A stretch of DNA of 64,000 nt, taken from the NCBI GenBank assembly GCA_009103225.1, contig RHPI01000797.1, positions 309,064-373,063 on the forward strand, in the 5' to 3' direction. The notes beneath the pieces are model-generated. The model searched no databases. It was not told the origin of the DNA and worked only from the letters and a program-made list of their open reading frames with translations. Each line of letters starts with the position of its first letter. Position 1 is the first letter of the stretch. Shown one piece after another: positions 49,199-60,540 of the stretch. A program made the translations under genes and the position numbers. The DNA comes from Chlorokybus atmophyticus. Its lineage: Eukaryota > Plantae > Mesostigma and Chlorokybus algae.

Positions 49199-51790
49199 AT
49201 GTTGTCCCAACCCTTCCACCCAAGTAAGGTCGGTCGAACCCATCTGCAGTAAAGTATGTGTGTGCGCATTGAGTACAGTGTATGACACGATCAGATCAGA
49301 TGAGATCACCCATCCAGTGTGTGTACGTGCGCAGGTGGGTGGTGCGCGTCTGTGCTTGCACGTATGCGTGTGCATACGCGCGTGCGCTCCTGTACGCGTG
49401 CATGTGTCTGGTGTGCACCTAGTACTCCCAAAGCGATCCATCATGTCAAAGTACATCTGTCTTCTCACACCCACCCACCCACCCACAGGCACGGGTTTCC
49501 CCCCCTCCGACCCCCTCCTCTCCTCCTCCGCCGCTCTCCTCTCCCTGGACGACCTCCGCCTCCAGCTCCATCAACTGTCGACCTCCTCCACCCGACGCCG
49601 CTCCTCCTCCTCCTCCTCAAAGTGGCGGTGGAGGAGCGGGGAACGGTGGTACCATAACTATGCGGCGGGGGCGGAGGAAGGTGAGGGGGTGGATGGGTGG
49701 ATGCGTGCGTGCATGTGTGCGTGTGCGTGGGTGTGGGCGTGCGCGTGGGCGTGTGTGCGTGTGTGAGGGGGGTGGAGTGAGGGTTGGAGTAAGTAGTGAA
49801 CGAAGCGAGGACTAAGTGGTGAATGCGCGAGTGTTGGTTTGAGAGTGCGTTTGTTTTTGGGTAGAGTACAACTGTCTGTTATGTGCAGTTGCGGTGGATA
49901 GGACGACGGTCGTGCCGGTGACGTATACCACGGCGAGCTTTCAGCAGCAGCCAGCGATGCCCTCCACTCAAGAATTGATCCAGGTGTGAAGAGCTAATTT
50001 TCCAAATATCCACAATACCCTTATGCAGTCTGTGTGTCCACACACATCACTCATCGGTGACACCACGCAAACAGTACCTATACACACGTACTGTACACTG
50101 TTTACTGCACATACCATGTGTACTCGTGCACTACAGACGCTGCGTACGTACACTGTGTACCCTAAACACACTGATTCACTGAGTTGTCCATCACCAGGCC
50201 GCTTTGACGTCCGTGGCCTTACCTGCCGCCGCCGCCGCTGCCGCCGCCGCCGCCGCCGTCACCAGATCCACCCTCCAACACCATCAGCAACAGCAACAAC
50301 AACAACTCAACGCCACCATCACGTCGCAAGCGACCGCCAAATCCACCGCCAGCGTGGGCGTGAGCGCCGTGCGCAAGCACGCCAACATCGCCACCCAATC
50401 CGAGAGCGGAGAGAGAGAGAAGGAGACGGTCGTCAAGCTAGTGCGGGATGAAGCTGCAGAAGAAGCCTTGAGTACACAAGTGAACGTGTTGGAGGAGGAG
50501 CTCAGATCCACACGAGCACGAGAGAGAGAGCGTGACAGAGATCGGGAAAGAGAGCGTGAGCGTGAGCGCGAGAGAGAGCGTGAGCGTGAGACAGAGCGAG
50601 AGCGTGAGAAAGGACGAGAGAGTGAGATGGAGGCGAGAGGTAGTCAATTTGAGTTGAAGTGCAGGGAGTTGAGTGGTAGGGTTGTCGAGTTGGAGGGCGC
50701 GTTGGAGGCGGAGAGGAGGGCGCTGGATAGGGAGAGGAGGGAGAGGGCGGAGGAGAGGGAGGGGGAATGGGAGGGGGAACGGAAGATGGCGAGAGAGCTT
50801 GAAGAAAAGAGGTGGGGACATACACGCAAGCTGACATGGAAAAAATTTCAACACACATGCACACGCATTCGCGCTGCATGAGCACTCGCGAACGTGCACA
50901 CATGCGCGCGCACACACAATTGAGTGATTTGCAGTACTCAGTTTGCTGCACCTTATTCCACTAAGCTGTACATGGTTGCTGATCCCGTGATGGTGATTGC
51001 GTACACTTATCGCAGGAGGGAGTGGCAGCTTGAGTACGACGAGAAGCGCGCGAAGGCGGACCTGGAGGCGGCACTGGCCATCCAGAAGTGGGAGAAGGCT
51101 GTGGCCCAGGTGAGCTGCGATATCTTCTCATTACCGACATCTCGTTATGCGCGTGCACGCACGTGTGTGTGCGTGCGCATGCACGTGCGTGTGGATGTGC
51201 GTGTGGACGTTCCGTGTGCCATGTTTGCTTCTGTTCACGTGTGTGTGTGTGTGTGTGTGCGTGCATGTGCATGTGCATGTGCACGTGCACACAAGTGCGC
51301 GTGTAGTAATGAGTACGTGTGTGCATACGTGCACGAGCACGCGTGCGACAAAGCATCATCCAACCCCGCATCCTCCCGCAGGCGCGCGCGGACGCCGCCG
51401 ACGCTCTCGAGTCCGGTCGCCAGGATGCCGACCTTCTCCGTCGTGCGCGTCGCGAGGCCGACGAGCGCGCGGGGGAGCTCGAGAGGCGGCTGGCGGAGAC
51501 GGAGCTCCGTCTCAGCCAGCTGCAACAGCTGGCTGAGACGGATCTGAGAGAAGCGCGCGAGGAGGAGGAGGAAAAGGAGGAGGAGGAGGAGGAGTTCAGG
51601 CATAAACATGCGGTCTCGCCGAAGGTGGCGCCGATGCCGGTCTCACAGCAACCAAAGAAGCAGGTATTGCGAGGTTGCACATGCGGACGTGCGTGTGTGT
51701 GAGCCTGCGTGTGTGCGTGCGGGTACGCGCGCGCGCGCTCGCACAATGACACACGCACACACGTACGCACATACGCAGGCACACACACGT

Positions 51791-51840
<50 letters not shown>

Positions 51841-54642
51841 GAGTGCGTGCGCATGCATACATGAATTCTCTCATCCTGGTGCTGGTCACTACATATGTCA
51901 AATACAAACTCGCCGACAGGTCTCTCTGGTTGCTTCCGATACCCTCACGCACTCCTTCACGTACACGCCTCCCCCGGTGTCCTCCATCACCTTGACCCCG
52001 CAAGACCCGTACGCCCGCTTCTTCTCCATCGGCCCCGCCAAGGCAAGCACGGGCACAACATGAGACGCCAACGTGTTGCTTGTATGTACGTGTGGGTGGA
52101 GCTCATGCTGAGTTGGGATGATCTCCCCTTCAGGAGGTTGACAATGCGGTGGAGTCGGTGTTGAGGCAGAACGGTGTGGACGCGGACGTGGGCAAGATGA
52201 CCGACGAGACCCACGAGCACGTGACGGCTCTGCTCAGGCGGCGCAAGGAGGAGTGGCCTGAACACGCTGTCATTAGCGCCGAGGTGCATGCGTATGCGTA
52301 TCAAGCTGCAGTATATTGTTGATTGATTGACACTAAGATACACACGCACACGCACACGCAAATGCATGCACGTACAGACGTACAGTCACATGCGCATGTG
52401 TGCGCGCGCGCATGGGAGTGTGCTTGCAAGCATAAACGCACACGCACTCATGGCCCTGACATAAACGGATGAAACAATGTATGTGCTGGACACGCGGTTC
52501 TCTGCCAACCTGCTGATTGACAATGTTGTGTGCTACGACAGGAGGTGGATGAGTACATGGAGCGTGCTTTGGCCACGTACGGCATCCCCACCGACGCGAC
52601 CACCATCCCTCACTCTCTCTACGCCAAGTCCATGCAGGAGCTCATCAGGCAAGACTCTACCCTCATCAGGCGTCGTGTTAGGTTGTGTTATGATGCGTGT
52701 GGGGTGACGTAGTGGTTGTGTGCAGGAACCGCGTGGGGAGGCTGAGGAGTGCGGGGCTCAACGTGGCCGAGTTGCCCGCGGGGATGGGCGCGTGGGAGGC
52801 GGGGGATAGCGGTGGAAGCGAGGCCGGGTCGGAGGGCGAGGTGTGTGCGTGTGTGCGTGTGTGCGTGCGCATGCGCGGGTGCGTGTGTGGGTGCACATGC
52901 ATACGCGCGTGCATGCAAATGAGTGTACACGTGTGCGTAATGTACGTGTGCGCAAGCAAGCGTGCTTTGTGGGTGTGGGCATACGCACATCCACATGGTG
53001 TACAGTACGGCTATATAATTGCTATGTACTTGAAACAGTAACTTTTTGTAGGTGAGTCCACAGGCTTCTGAAGTGGGCAGCCGGAAGGCCGACAGCATCG
53101 ACATCAACGCTTCAAACCAACTCTCACCGGCATCAAACACACAAGATAGCATTGATATCGATGCTGCCAACAACAGCGCCAAGAATATCACTTCCACCGC
53201 ATCTCGAACTAAGCGGGATGAGCTGTATGTCGACGACGGCATCAGCGACATCGATGCCAGTGACGACGAATTCAACTATGAGGCTTCGGGGAGTCAAATA
53301 AATGCGAACCCAGTTACCGCAACTGCGGTCAGAGAGGATGGGACTCTTTCTGTGCGCTTTGAAGAAAACGCTATCAACAACATCAGTAACAACAGCAGTA
53401 CCAATACTAGTATGAGGAGAGTGAGTCTACCTGAAAGTGACGGCGCGTTGGTTCTGCGCGGCCGGCCGAGCAACAGCCTGGTTAGAGCCGCGAGCTTCAA
53501 CCGGACCGGGACGAGTCTGTTGGCACCTAATGCTAACAACTCGGGGAGAGAAACGACAGGCTTCGCCTCACTCGCCACGACATTCAGGTGTGATGCAGCT
53601 GTTGTTGAGGTGTAGGTGAGTGGTGTCTTGTTGCACATGGCTGACTGTGGTTATTGGGTGTCGACAGTTCTGCGAAGGATGAGTTTGGAGTGAGCGGTGA
53701 TGAGAGTGAGGGCGAGGGCGAGGACGAGGAGGAGTTCCTGGAGAACAATAACAGCAACAGCAACAGTAACCACCACAATAGCGATGAGAAGGGCAAGAAA
53801 CCCGTTGGGCGCACACCTAAAGCTGGCGAGGTCGACACAACGATGGTAAGTGTCGGTCCCAACAAGAAGTACACATCTCTTGCAGCAGGTGTTGTTGTTG
53901 TCATCGCAGTTTGTGTAATGCGTGCATCTGTCTATGTCTCTGCAGGGAAGTGTTAGCCTGAGAGAAAGAGCCGCAGCCGCCTCCGAGCATAGTGACATGC
54001 GTAGCAATGTTGCTAAAGTTCATGATGACAACGATGATGATGAGGATGTCCTTTCTGAAGGCGACTGGGGCTTCAGGTGAGCCACATGCATGTGGTTGTA
54101 AAAGACCACATAACATGCCACTTGGCACTCACACGCATACAGCAACAAGTGTCAATAAGCTTTCTCTCATGTGCAGGCCTCAGAGGGTGGAAGCCGCCTC
54201 CACAAAGCCATCCAGACAAGAACAAGAGCAGACCATCAAGGTCAACAACAATAACAACAACAACAACAACAACAACAGCACCACCACCAACAACAACAGC
54301 AAGAGCGTTGAGAAGAAGGACAAGGAGAAGAAGGTGAAGAAGGCGTACGACGACGAGTTCGCGGAGTTCGACTTTGAAGATGAAGACTCTACTGAGGATG
54401 AGGACGAGGACGAGCACGAGGATGAGGACAAGAATGTGCAGGTGAGGGAGCATGTGAAGGTGGATGAGGACGAGGTGAGTGATGAGGGTGAGGAGGAGGG
54501 GGTCAATGCGCAATGCGCGGCCTGTGGGGGCGTGGCGACGGTGCGTTGCGGCGCGTGCGAGAGCGCAAGCTACTGCGGGGAGGCGTGCCAGCGGCGGGAC
54601 TGGGCCAGGCACAAGCCCATGTGCGTCGCCGCGCGGAGATGA
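49199..54642 (+). CDS. Coiled-coil/low-complexity protein with a C-terminal MYND-type zinc finger
   Basis: About 13 phase-compatible exons; RE-repeat coiled coil and acidic tracts; terminal [37 protein letters not shown] fits the MYND pattern (C-x2-C-x7-C-x2-C-x5-C-x3-C-x7-H-x3-C). GC-AG intron at 52043-52133. Confidence 0.8.
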
Positions 54643-55263
54643 AGACCTTGACGAATGAATCGTATCAGCGTGTGTAGATAAGGAGAATGTGTGTGTACCA
54701 TTGTAATATGTGTATTGCATAGGTGTGTGAGACATCAGGTACATTGACATGTCGTGGTCAGCTATGTTCTGATACAAAGTGTGAAAGAGTGACCGGCAAG
54801 CAAAACACGCCTTACGTCATCATCAGACGGCCATGTGCAGGTGTCACCGCCCAGGGCATCCAACCAATGCCCTCCCTCGCCATCTGCTTTTCTACTACAA
54901 CAACACTCGCACATATGTGTCCATCCAGTATGTTCACGCCGCCTCGCTCCCTTTTTTTGTCCAGCATGCATATCAACAGGCATACCAAGCGTGACGACAC
55001 GCAGTTGCACACACATTGGGGGCACATGATCATCATCACTGCTGCACCACACTTGCCCTGCTGTGCCCTGTGCCACACCAAGTTCAAGGCCGCTTGATTC
55101 TCCCCACACACAGGCCGCTTTAGACAACAATCGGAATGGTTGCTAACATGCAACCATACTGAAGTCCTCAAGTGCTTGAGTCACAAGTACAAAAGCGCTC
55201 TGCCTCCTCATCCTTCACCTGCTCATAATGGTCCCTTGTGAGAGTGGGGCCGCCTGCTCATGG

Positions 55264-55298
<35 letters not shown>

Positions 55299-55356
55299 AA
55301 GGCAGGACGCCACTAGTGAGGTAGCGGCATGCATGCACGCGCACAGTGCGGCCGAC

Positions 55357-56911
55357 ATGGCTGACGGCGGCGGCGGCGGCAGCAGCGGCGGCGGGGGAAG
55401 CGTCATCGCTGTGCTCCTTGGTGTGGCTCAGGCAAGCATTACCTGTGTTTAACGACTCAGGGACAGAGTGGCTCAACTTGAGCCACTCTGTCGCCTTGTT
55501 TCTTGCGCCGGCTTGCGTGCAATGCATACATGGGTGGGTGTGTTTGCCGGCGTGTTGTTTCGGACACAACAACGCTGAACAGCACTGCAGCGTCCAGATG
55601 CATCGATCATGTGCTTATGCGCACAACACACACCCTGACAGGACAACATCATCATACGCATGCATGCATGAGTACACCAACATGTCACAGCTGCATTTTA
55701 GACTACCTTTGTTGGTATACCACTGGATTGTGTCACATGACCACATCACAGGACGGAGGCAGGCCGCAGCCGGGCTGCTTCAAGCCCTGCTGCATGGCCG
55801 CTTACACAAACCCAAGTCTGGTAAGCTCAGTTCCTACTCATGGATATTGTTATTGTTGCTGTTGTTGTCGTCATCGTTGTCCTCCATGACACCAACGCAG
55901 TCGTAGGTGCGACACCCGCCCTCACTGGGCGTAATCGACACCGATGGCGGGCTTCACATCATCGATGTGACCCGCGCACTCGCACACCAACTTCACACCC
56001 TGATGCAGGTGAGGTTATAGAAACAACACAACATTAAGAGTACCAAATTACAGACACCATTTGACAGTAGGTTGCGGGGAGTCCGTTTGATGTCGGGAGG
56101 TTGAAGAGCGTGTGGTTGACGCACGCGCACGTGGGCCACGTCGACGGCGTGGGCCTCCTCGGCAAGGAGGCGATGGATGCGAGAGCTCTGTCTGTGCACT
56201 GCAGTGATAGCGTGGCCGAGTTGTTTCGTGCCACGCCGGCGTGGAACCAACTCTTACTCGACGAGCGGGTGCGTCTAGCACCAGTACCCACACAAGCAGG
56301 GGTGGATGATGCCCTCATTACTGGCGTGAAGGTGCCGCACCGAGCGGAGCTGTCCGACACGCACGCGTATGTTGTGTCCGGCGTGAAGAAACAGTTGCTC
56401 TACCTCCCGGATCACGACAGCTGGCGGGAAACGCTGTCGGCTGCGGGGTGTGATGAGGGTGACGTACGCGGGTGGCTGAAGAAGCTCGGGGTGGATGTTG
56501 CTGTTATTGATGGCACCTTCTTTGACGTGAAGGAACTCCCATCTGGGCGCCAATCTACGGTACTGCACGCCATGCATCTGCGTGTTGTGTTGCTCAACAC
56601 ATTGTCTTGCACACAGGATTTCATGTGCACGTGTGTTTACCTGCAGGTGCCCCATCCTCCTGTGTGCGAGACCTTGAAACTGCTTGGCACCCGCCAGCAA
56701 GGTGAGGCTTGCAAAACCACGCACACACCTTTGCATGGCAGCACTCCTCCATATATAGCTGGTGTCACACGTGTAAGCAGGTGACTCGCGTGTCGTGTTT
56801 ACGCACTTCAACCACACCAACCCACTGCTGGGAGGCCACATTGAGGCCAGACGCTGTGTGGAGGAGGCGGGGTGGGAGATTGGCGAAGAAGGAATGACGT
56901 TTGTCTTGTGA
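55357..56911 (+). CDS. PqqB-like metallo-beta-lactamase-fold hydrolase (prokaryote type)
   Basis: Six phase-compatible exons: VLLGVAQ|DGGRPQPGCFKPCC, VWLTHAHVGHVDG, VPHRAELSDT, LYLPDHD, IDGTFFDVKEL, VPHPPV, VFTHFNHTNP. The motif order is that of PqqB/PhnP-class MBL proteins. Confidence 0.85.
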
Positions 56912-57233
56912 TGCGTGACTGTAATGACTTCGTAGTGTACAAAAGATGCAAGAGGCAATTCATACATTCAAACCTACATGCATACGCAGTGTGTACAGTT
57001 GGATAAAAAACAAGCAATGTAAGCAGCAAATGCAAACATGTGCGCACTCATGCACACAACCATATGCAACTTGAGCATCTGCCAGAATCAACATGCTGAA
57101 ACAGCAGCAGTGTACAACAGGGCAATAGCAGTACAGCCAAACCAATGGGGTCTATGCTACAGTACAGGACGCAGATCGGAAAGAAGGAATAATCGACAAC
57201 ATTGTGTACACATACTCGCAGACTCCCCTCTCA

Positions 57234-60035
57234 TCACTCTTGTTGGCCCACGGCGGAGGGGTCCTTCTCCTGGAGGTTGAGCTCCTTGCCTGTGATGCGT
57301 GCGTAGAGCTCGAGGACGTCCTGGACAGTGGTCTCAAAGTGGGAGGTGGCATCGTATGACTTGGAGATGTAGCAGCGGTCTGCGCGCTCGTCGTGATCGG
57401 GGACCACATAGTCATACACGTCAAAGAACTGCTCGTCCACGGGGCCGAGAAGGGCCAGGCCCGGGGCGAGCTCGGCCTCAGGGCGGTCCGTCTCGGCGTC
57501 CGTCGACACGAGCGCGATGAACTTGCCCTTCGGGGCCACATTGTGGCTGTACGAGCAGCAGAACACGTACATGTCGTTGCGGCGGTTGAGCTGCTTTTGA
57601 GGAAGGATGATCTGAACCGCGTGCGCGTCGTTCGTGTTGGGGATGGGATGGCTCATGATGCATATCGCGCGCACAACCCGTCCCACCTTCTTCGTTTTGC
57701 CTACAAGTCAAGACGTCTTCAGCTCCACATTATGCATCTCTACTTGACAGGCTCAACCACCAGTCCTGGCTAACAACTGGCTAGGAAAAATTGGTGCTGC
57801 TGTACATGCGGGCCCGCATGTACACAACCACGAACTCACGCACTTCTAGGCAACTCATCGATAGTAGCCAATTGGTAGCGTACATTGACTCCAAACACAC
57901 CTGGAAAGTAGCTGGGATCCCCAACAACAAACTTGCACTTGGCCACTTCACCCTCCGACTTGACACCAATGGCCGCACCACTCTCGTCATAAACAACCTC
58001 AGCGTCTGGTTTCGACAACATGTAAACTCCTCCATACACAGCACTCAACCGAGCAAAAGCCTGTATAACACCATGATCGTTACCATACATGACCATGCGT
58101 GCAACCACACAAGCCAATGCACAAACGGCGACAAAACCACAAGACCATTGCAAGTCATCATCACTGATTGCATGCAGACACTCACCTGTGGCAGTTCGCC
58201 GAGTCCGTACAATGGGTAGATGTACGGCGAGCCGGCGCCAAAGCGTTCCAGGGACTCTGCATACAACTTGATCCTGAGGACGGTGGCCATTGCGGGCTGA
58301 TTGAGGTACGAGTCCTCGCGATGCAGTGCCAGTGCGTGCCCAATGAAGTCGATAGTGTCCTCGACAAGGCCGAACTTGTCAAAGACAGCCTTCATGGTCA
58401 TCGCCGTCAGATCCATCCCTTGATGTGTCTTGGGATTGCTCTCATCGTAATCCTGCGCAGCTGGAGCTTGAGATGTGGCTCTGCAGTTTTAGATGACATG
58501 GCAACATGCAGACAGAGCACAGGACTGTTTTGCTGCGTATTGCTAACTTGTTGCAATAGCTCTGACAAATACATTGTTAATGTGGTCAGGAAGGGTTTTG
58601 AGCACTAAAGGAGATGTGACAATCACAGCTTGTAACCTAACTAGACACATAGACTCTTCTCCTAAAACAATATAACCTCATGACCGCGTCAGCTGTAATG
58701 CCAATACCAACGCAACAAATGTAAGCATTGCAAACGGCACACACCTGAACAAAGGAAAAGAACTTGTATGCACGTCGCTTTTCAAATAGACCCATCAAGG
58801 CTGACAATGTGGCTTCCTTGGGAGTCACAGGAACTTTGTGAATCTGCAAACAAGAGAGCTTTTGAGCTTGGACGAAGAAAAGAAGAGACTTGTGCTTTGT
58901 AATTTGAATCACAAGGCACCCTGAATGCCTGCAATATGCCAAGTAGGTCACCTTGTTTTGCTTCAGCACAAAGCTGCCATCCCCGGCCTTGAACTCCAGG
59001 TACTTTGTGACGTCTGTGTGGAGGAGAACCCTCACCAACTGCCCGTTCGCCATGATGAACTGCTCGAGTGCACAAGTCAGGATTATGGGTAATGCTGAAG
59101 GAACCTTGCAGACACCATTGGCCACTGCTGCACGCATGTTTACCTTGGGGATGAGATCAATGTTGTAATCACGTGAAGGGCCCAAATTCTCTGGAACCTT
59201 CTGACCGGGTCGGAACCGCTCCCATAGCTGAGCATCAACAAATGGAAGTTAGCAGGGGCATGTATGAACACTGTGCATGCAATTGCATTAAACTGACCTG
59301 GGTTAAACTGAGGGACGCGGACGCACCACCATAGTAGTTGTTGCGATCCATGTGCAGAACCTGTGAACGTACGCGAGAAGGGGTTTGTACGTGTCATAAC
59401 TAAAGATATACCTCATCAAGCAAGCATGACTCACCTATGACCAATTGTACATCATGACTGCTTAGATAAACCTAATGTAACCCATCCATTTGAGCATGAC
59501 AATGGAAACGTGATATGCACAAATAATTTTCCTGCAAAATCGTGTTGAGAAATTGCAACAAAGATGCAAATGCAGTGCATACGACTGAATAAAACAGTGT
59601 ACGCAGCCAGGGAGCAGCTGGTTGAGCTCAGCAGCTGCATGCTCACAGTCGACTGCAGCTTGCCCTCAACAAACAGCGACAATGCACAGTAACTATTCCT
59701 AAGCGCTTCATCCAGTGCTGCTCAGCAAACAGACATGTGGAAAGCTTAATTATTGCGCTAACACTGACACTGAGCGTGTGGTGTAAAGGCTGATCAATAT
59801 GTGCTGGTCACATTCAAGCAAGCTCGTGACAAACAGGGACACAGCGACAAGTACATATATAGCTTGCAAACTCAGACCAGTCATTAAACACTGTATAATG
59901 GATCTGGTTGGACAAACAACAAACATCCGAGCAAGCAGTAGCACTGACCTTCTTGCCATCAACAGACAGCAGCCCGCTCAGGATGCACTCCTTGAGCCCT
60001 GTGCCCAGCACGATGGCATCGTAGGTCTCATCCAT
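57234..60035 (-). CDS. GDI: Rab GDP-dissociation inhibitor
   Basis: [29 protein letters not shown]|VLHMDRN.YYGG..., DYNIDLIPK|[21 protein letters not shown]|[28 protein letters not shown]. About 7 exons. Confidence 0.97.
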
Positions 60036-60158
60036 GGCGGATCCAACGCTGGCACAACCACCACACCCCTCCCCTCACTCTCCACCTCCCTCTCCTCCTC
60101 TCGCGCCGCCGCCGCCGCCGTCCACACCACCACACCAACGTCCTAACTACTTGCCACC

Positions 60159-60183
60159 AAACCCTAATTCTGATCTAGGGTTT
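60159..60183. promoter_or_regulatory. Two inverted telo-boxes (AAACCCTA / TAGGGTTT) upstream of GDI
   Basis: AAACCCTA at 60159-60166 and TAGGGTTT at 60176-60183. Single copies also occur at 17058, 33684 and 42968, each near a gene start. Confidence 0.5.
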
Positions 60184-60540
60184 CCTCCACGTCAGCACAC
60201 AAACGTGCCTGTATGCGGCCGACAGGCGCACAAACATAAGCAGCGGCATACTGAAGGCGCCGAGTGGTCGTCACGTGACTGGGGAACGCGGTTAACCGGC
60301 GGTTAGAGCCGATTGGGCGTGCGAGTCACGGTTCGAACCGCAGACCGCGGTTAGGGCTAACCGGTGTTCCAGGCCAAAGCGCTCCAGGCCAGGCCAGGCC
60401 AGGCCAACTGAACGCCGTACCGGCGATCGAGCAGGCGGATTGGGAGATTGGATTGGTTTGTGGGCGAGGTGGGAGAGGATGATGGGCGTAGATGCGCAGG
60501 TGCAACGGACGTGAGTGAGCCTGCGGCCTGGCCTAAAAGT

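Noticed and set aside
60325-60345. GGTTCGAACC resembling a tRNA T-loop or B-box
   Set aside because: No T-stem, acceptor stem or A-box; it is the palindrome CGGTTCGAACCG in a promoter.
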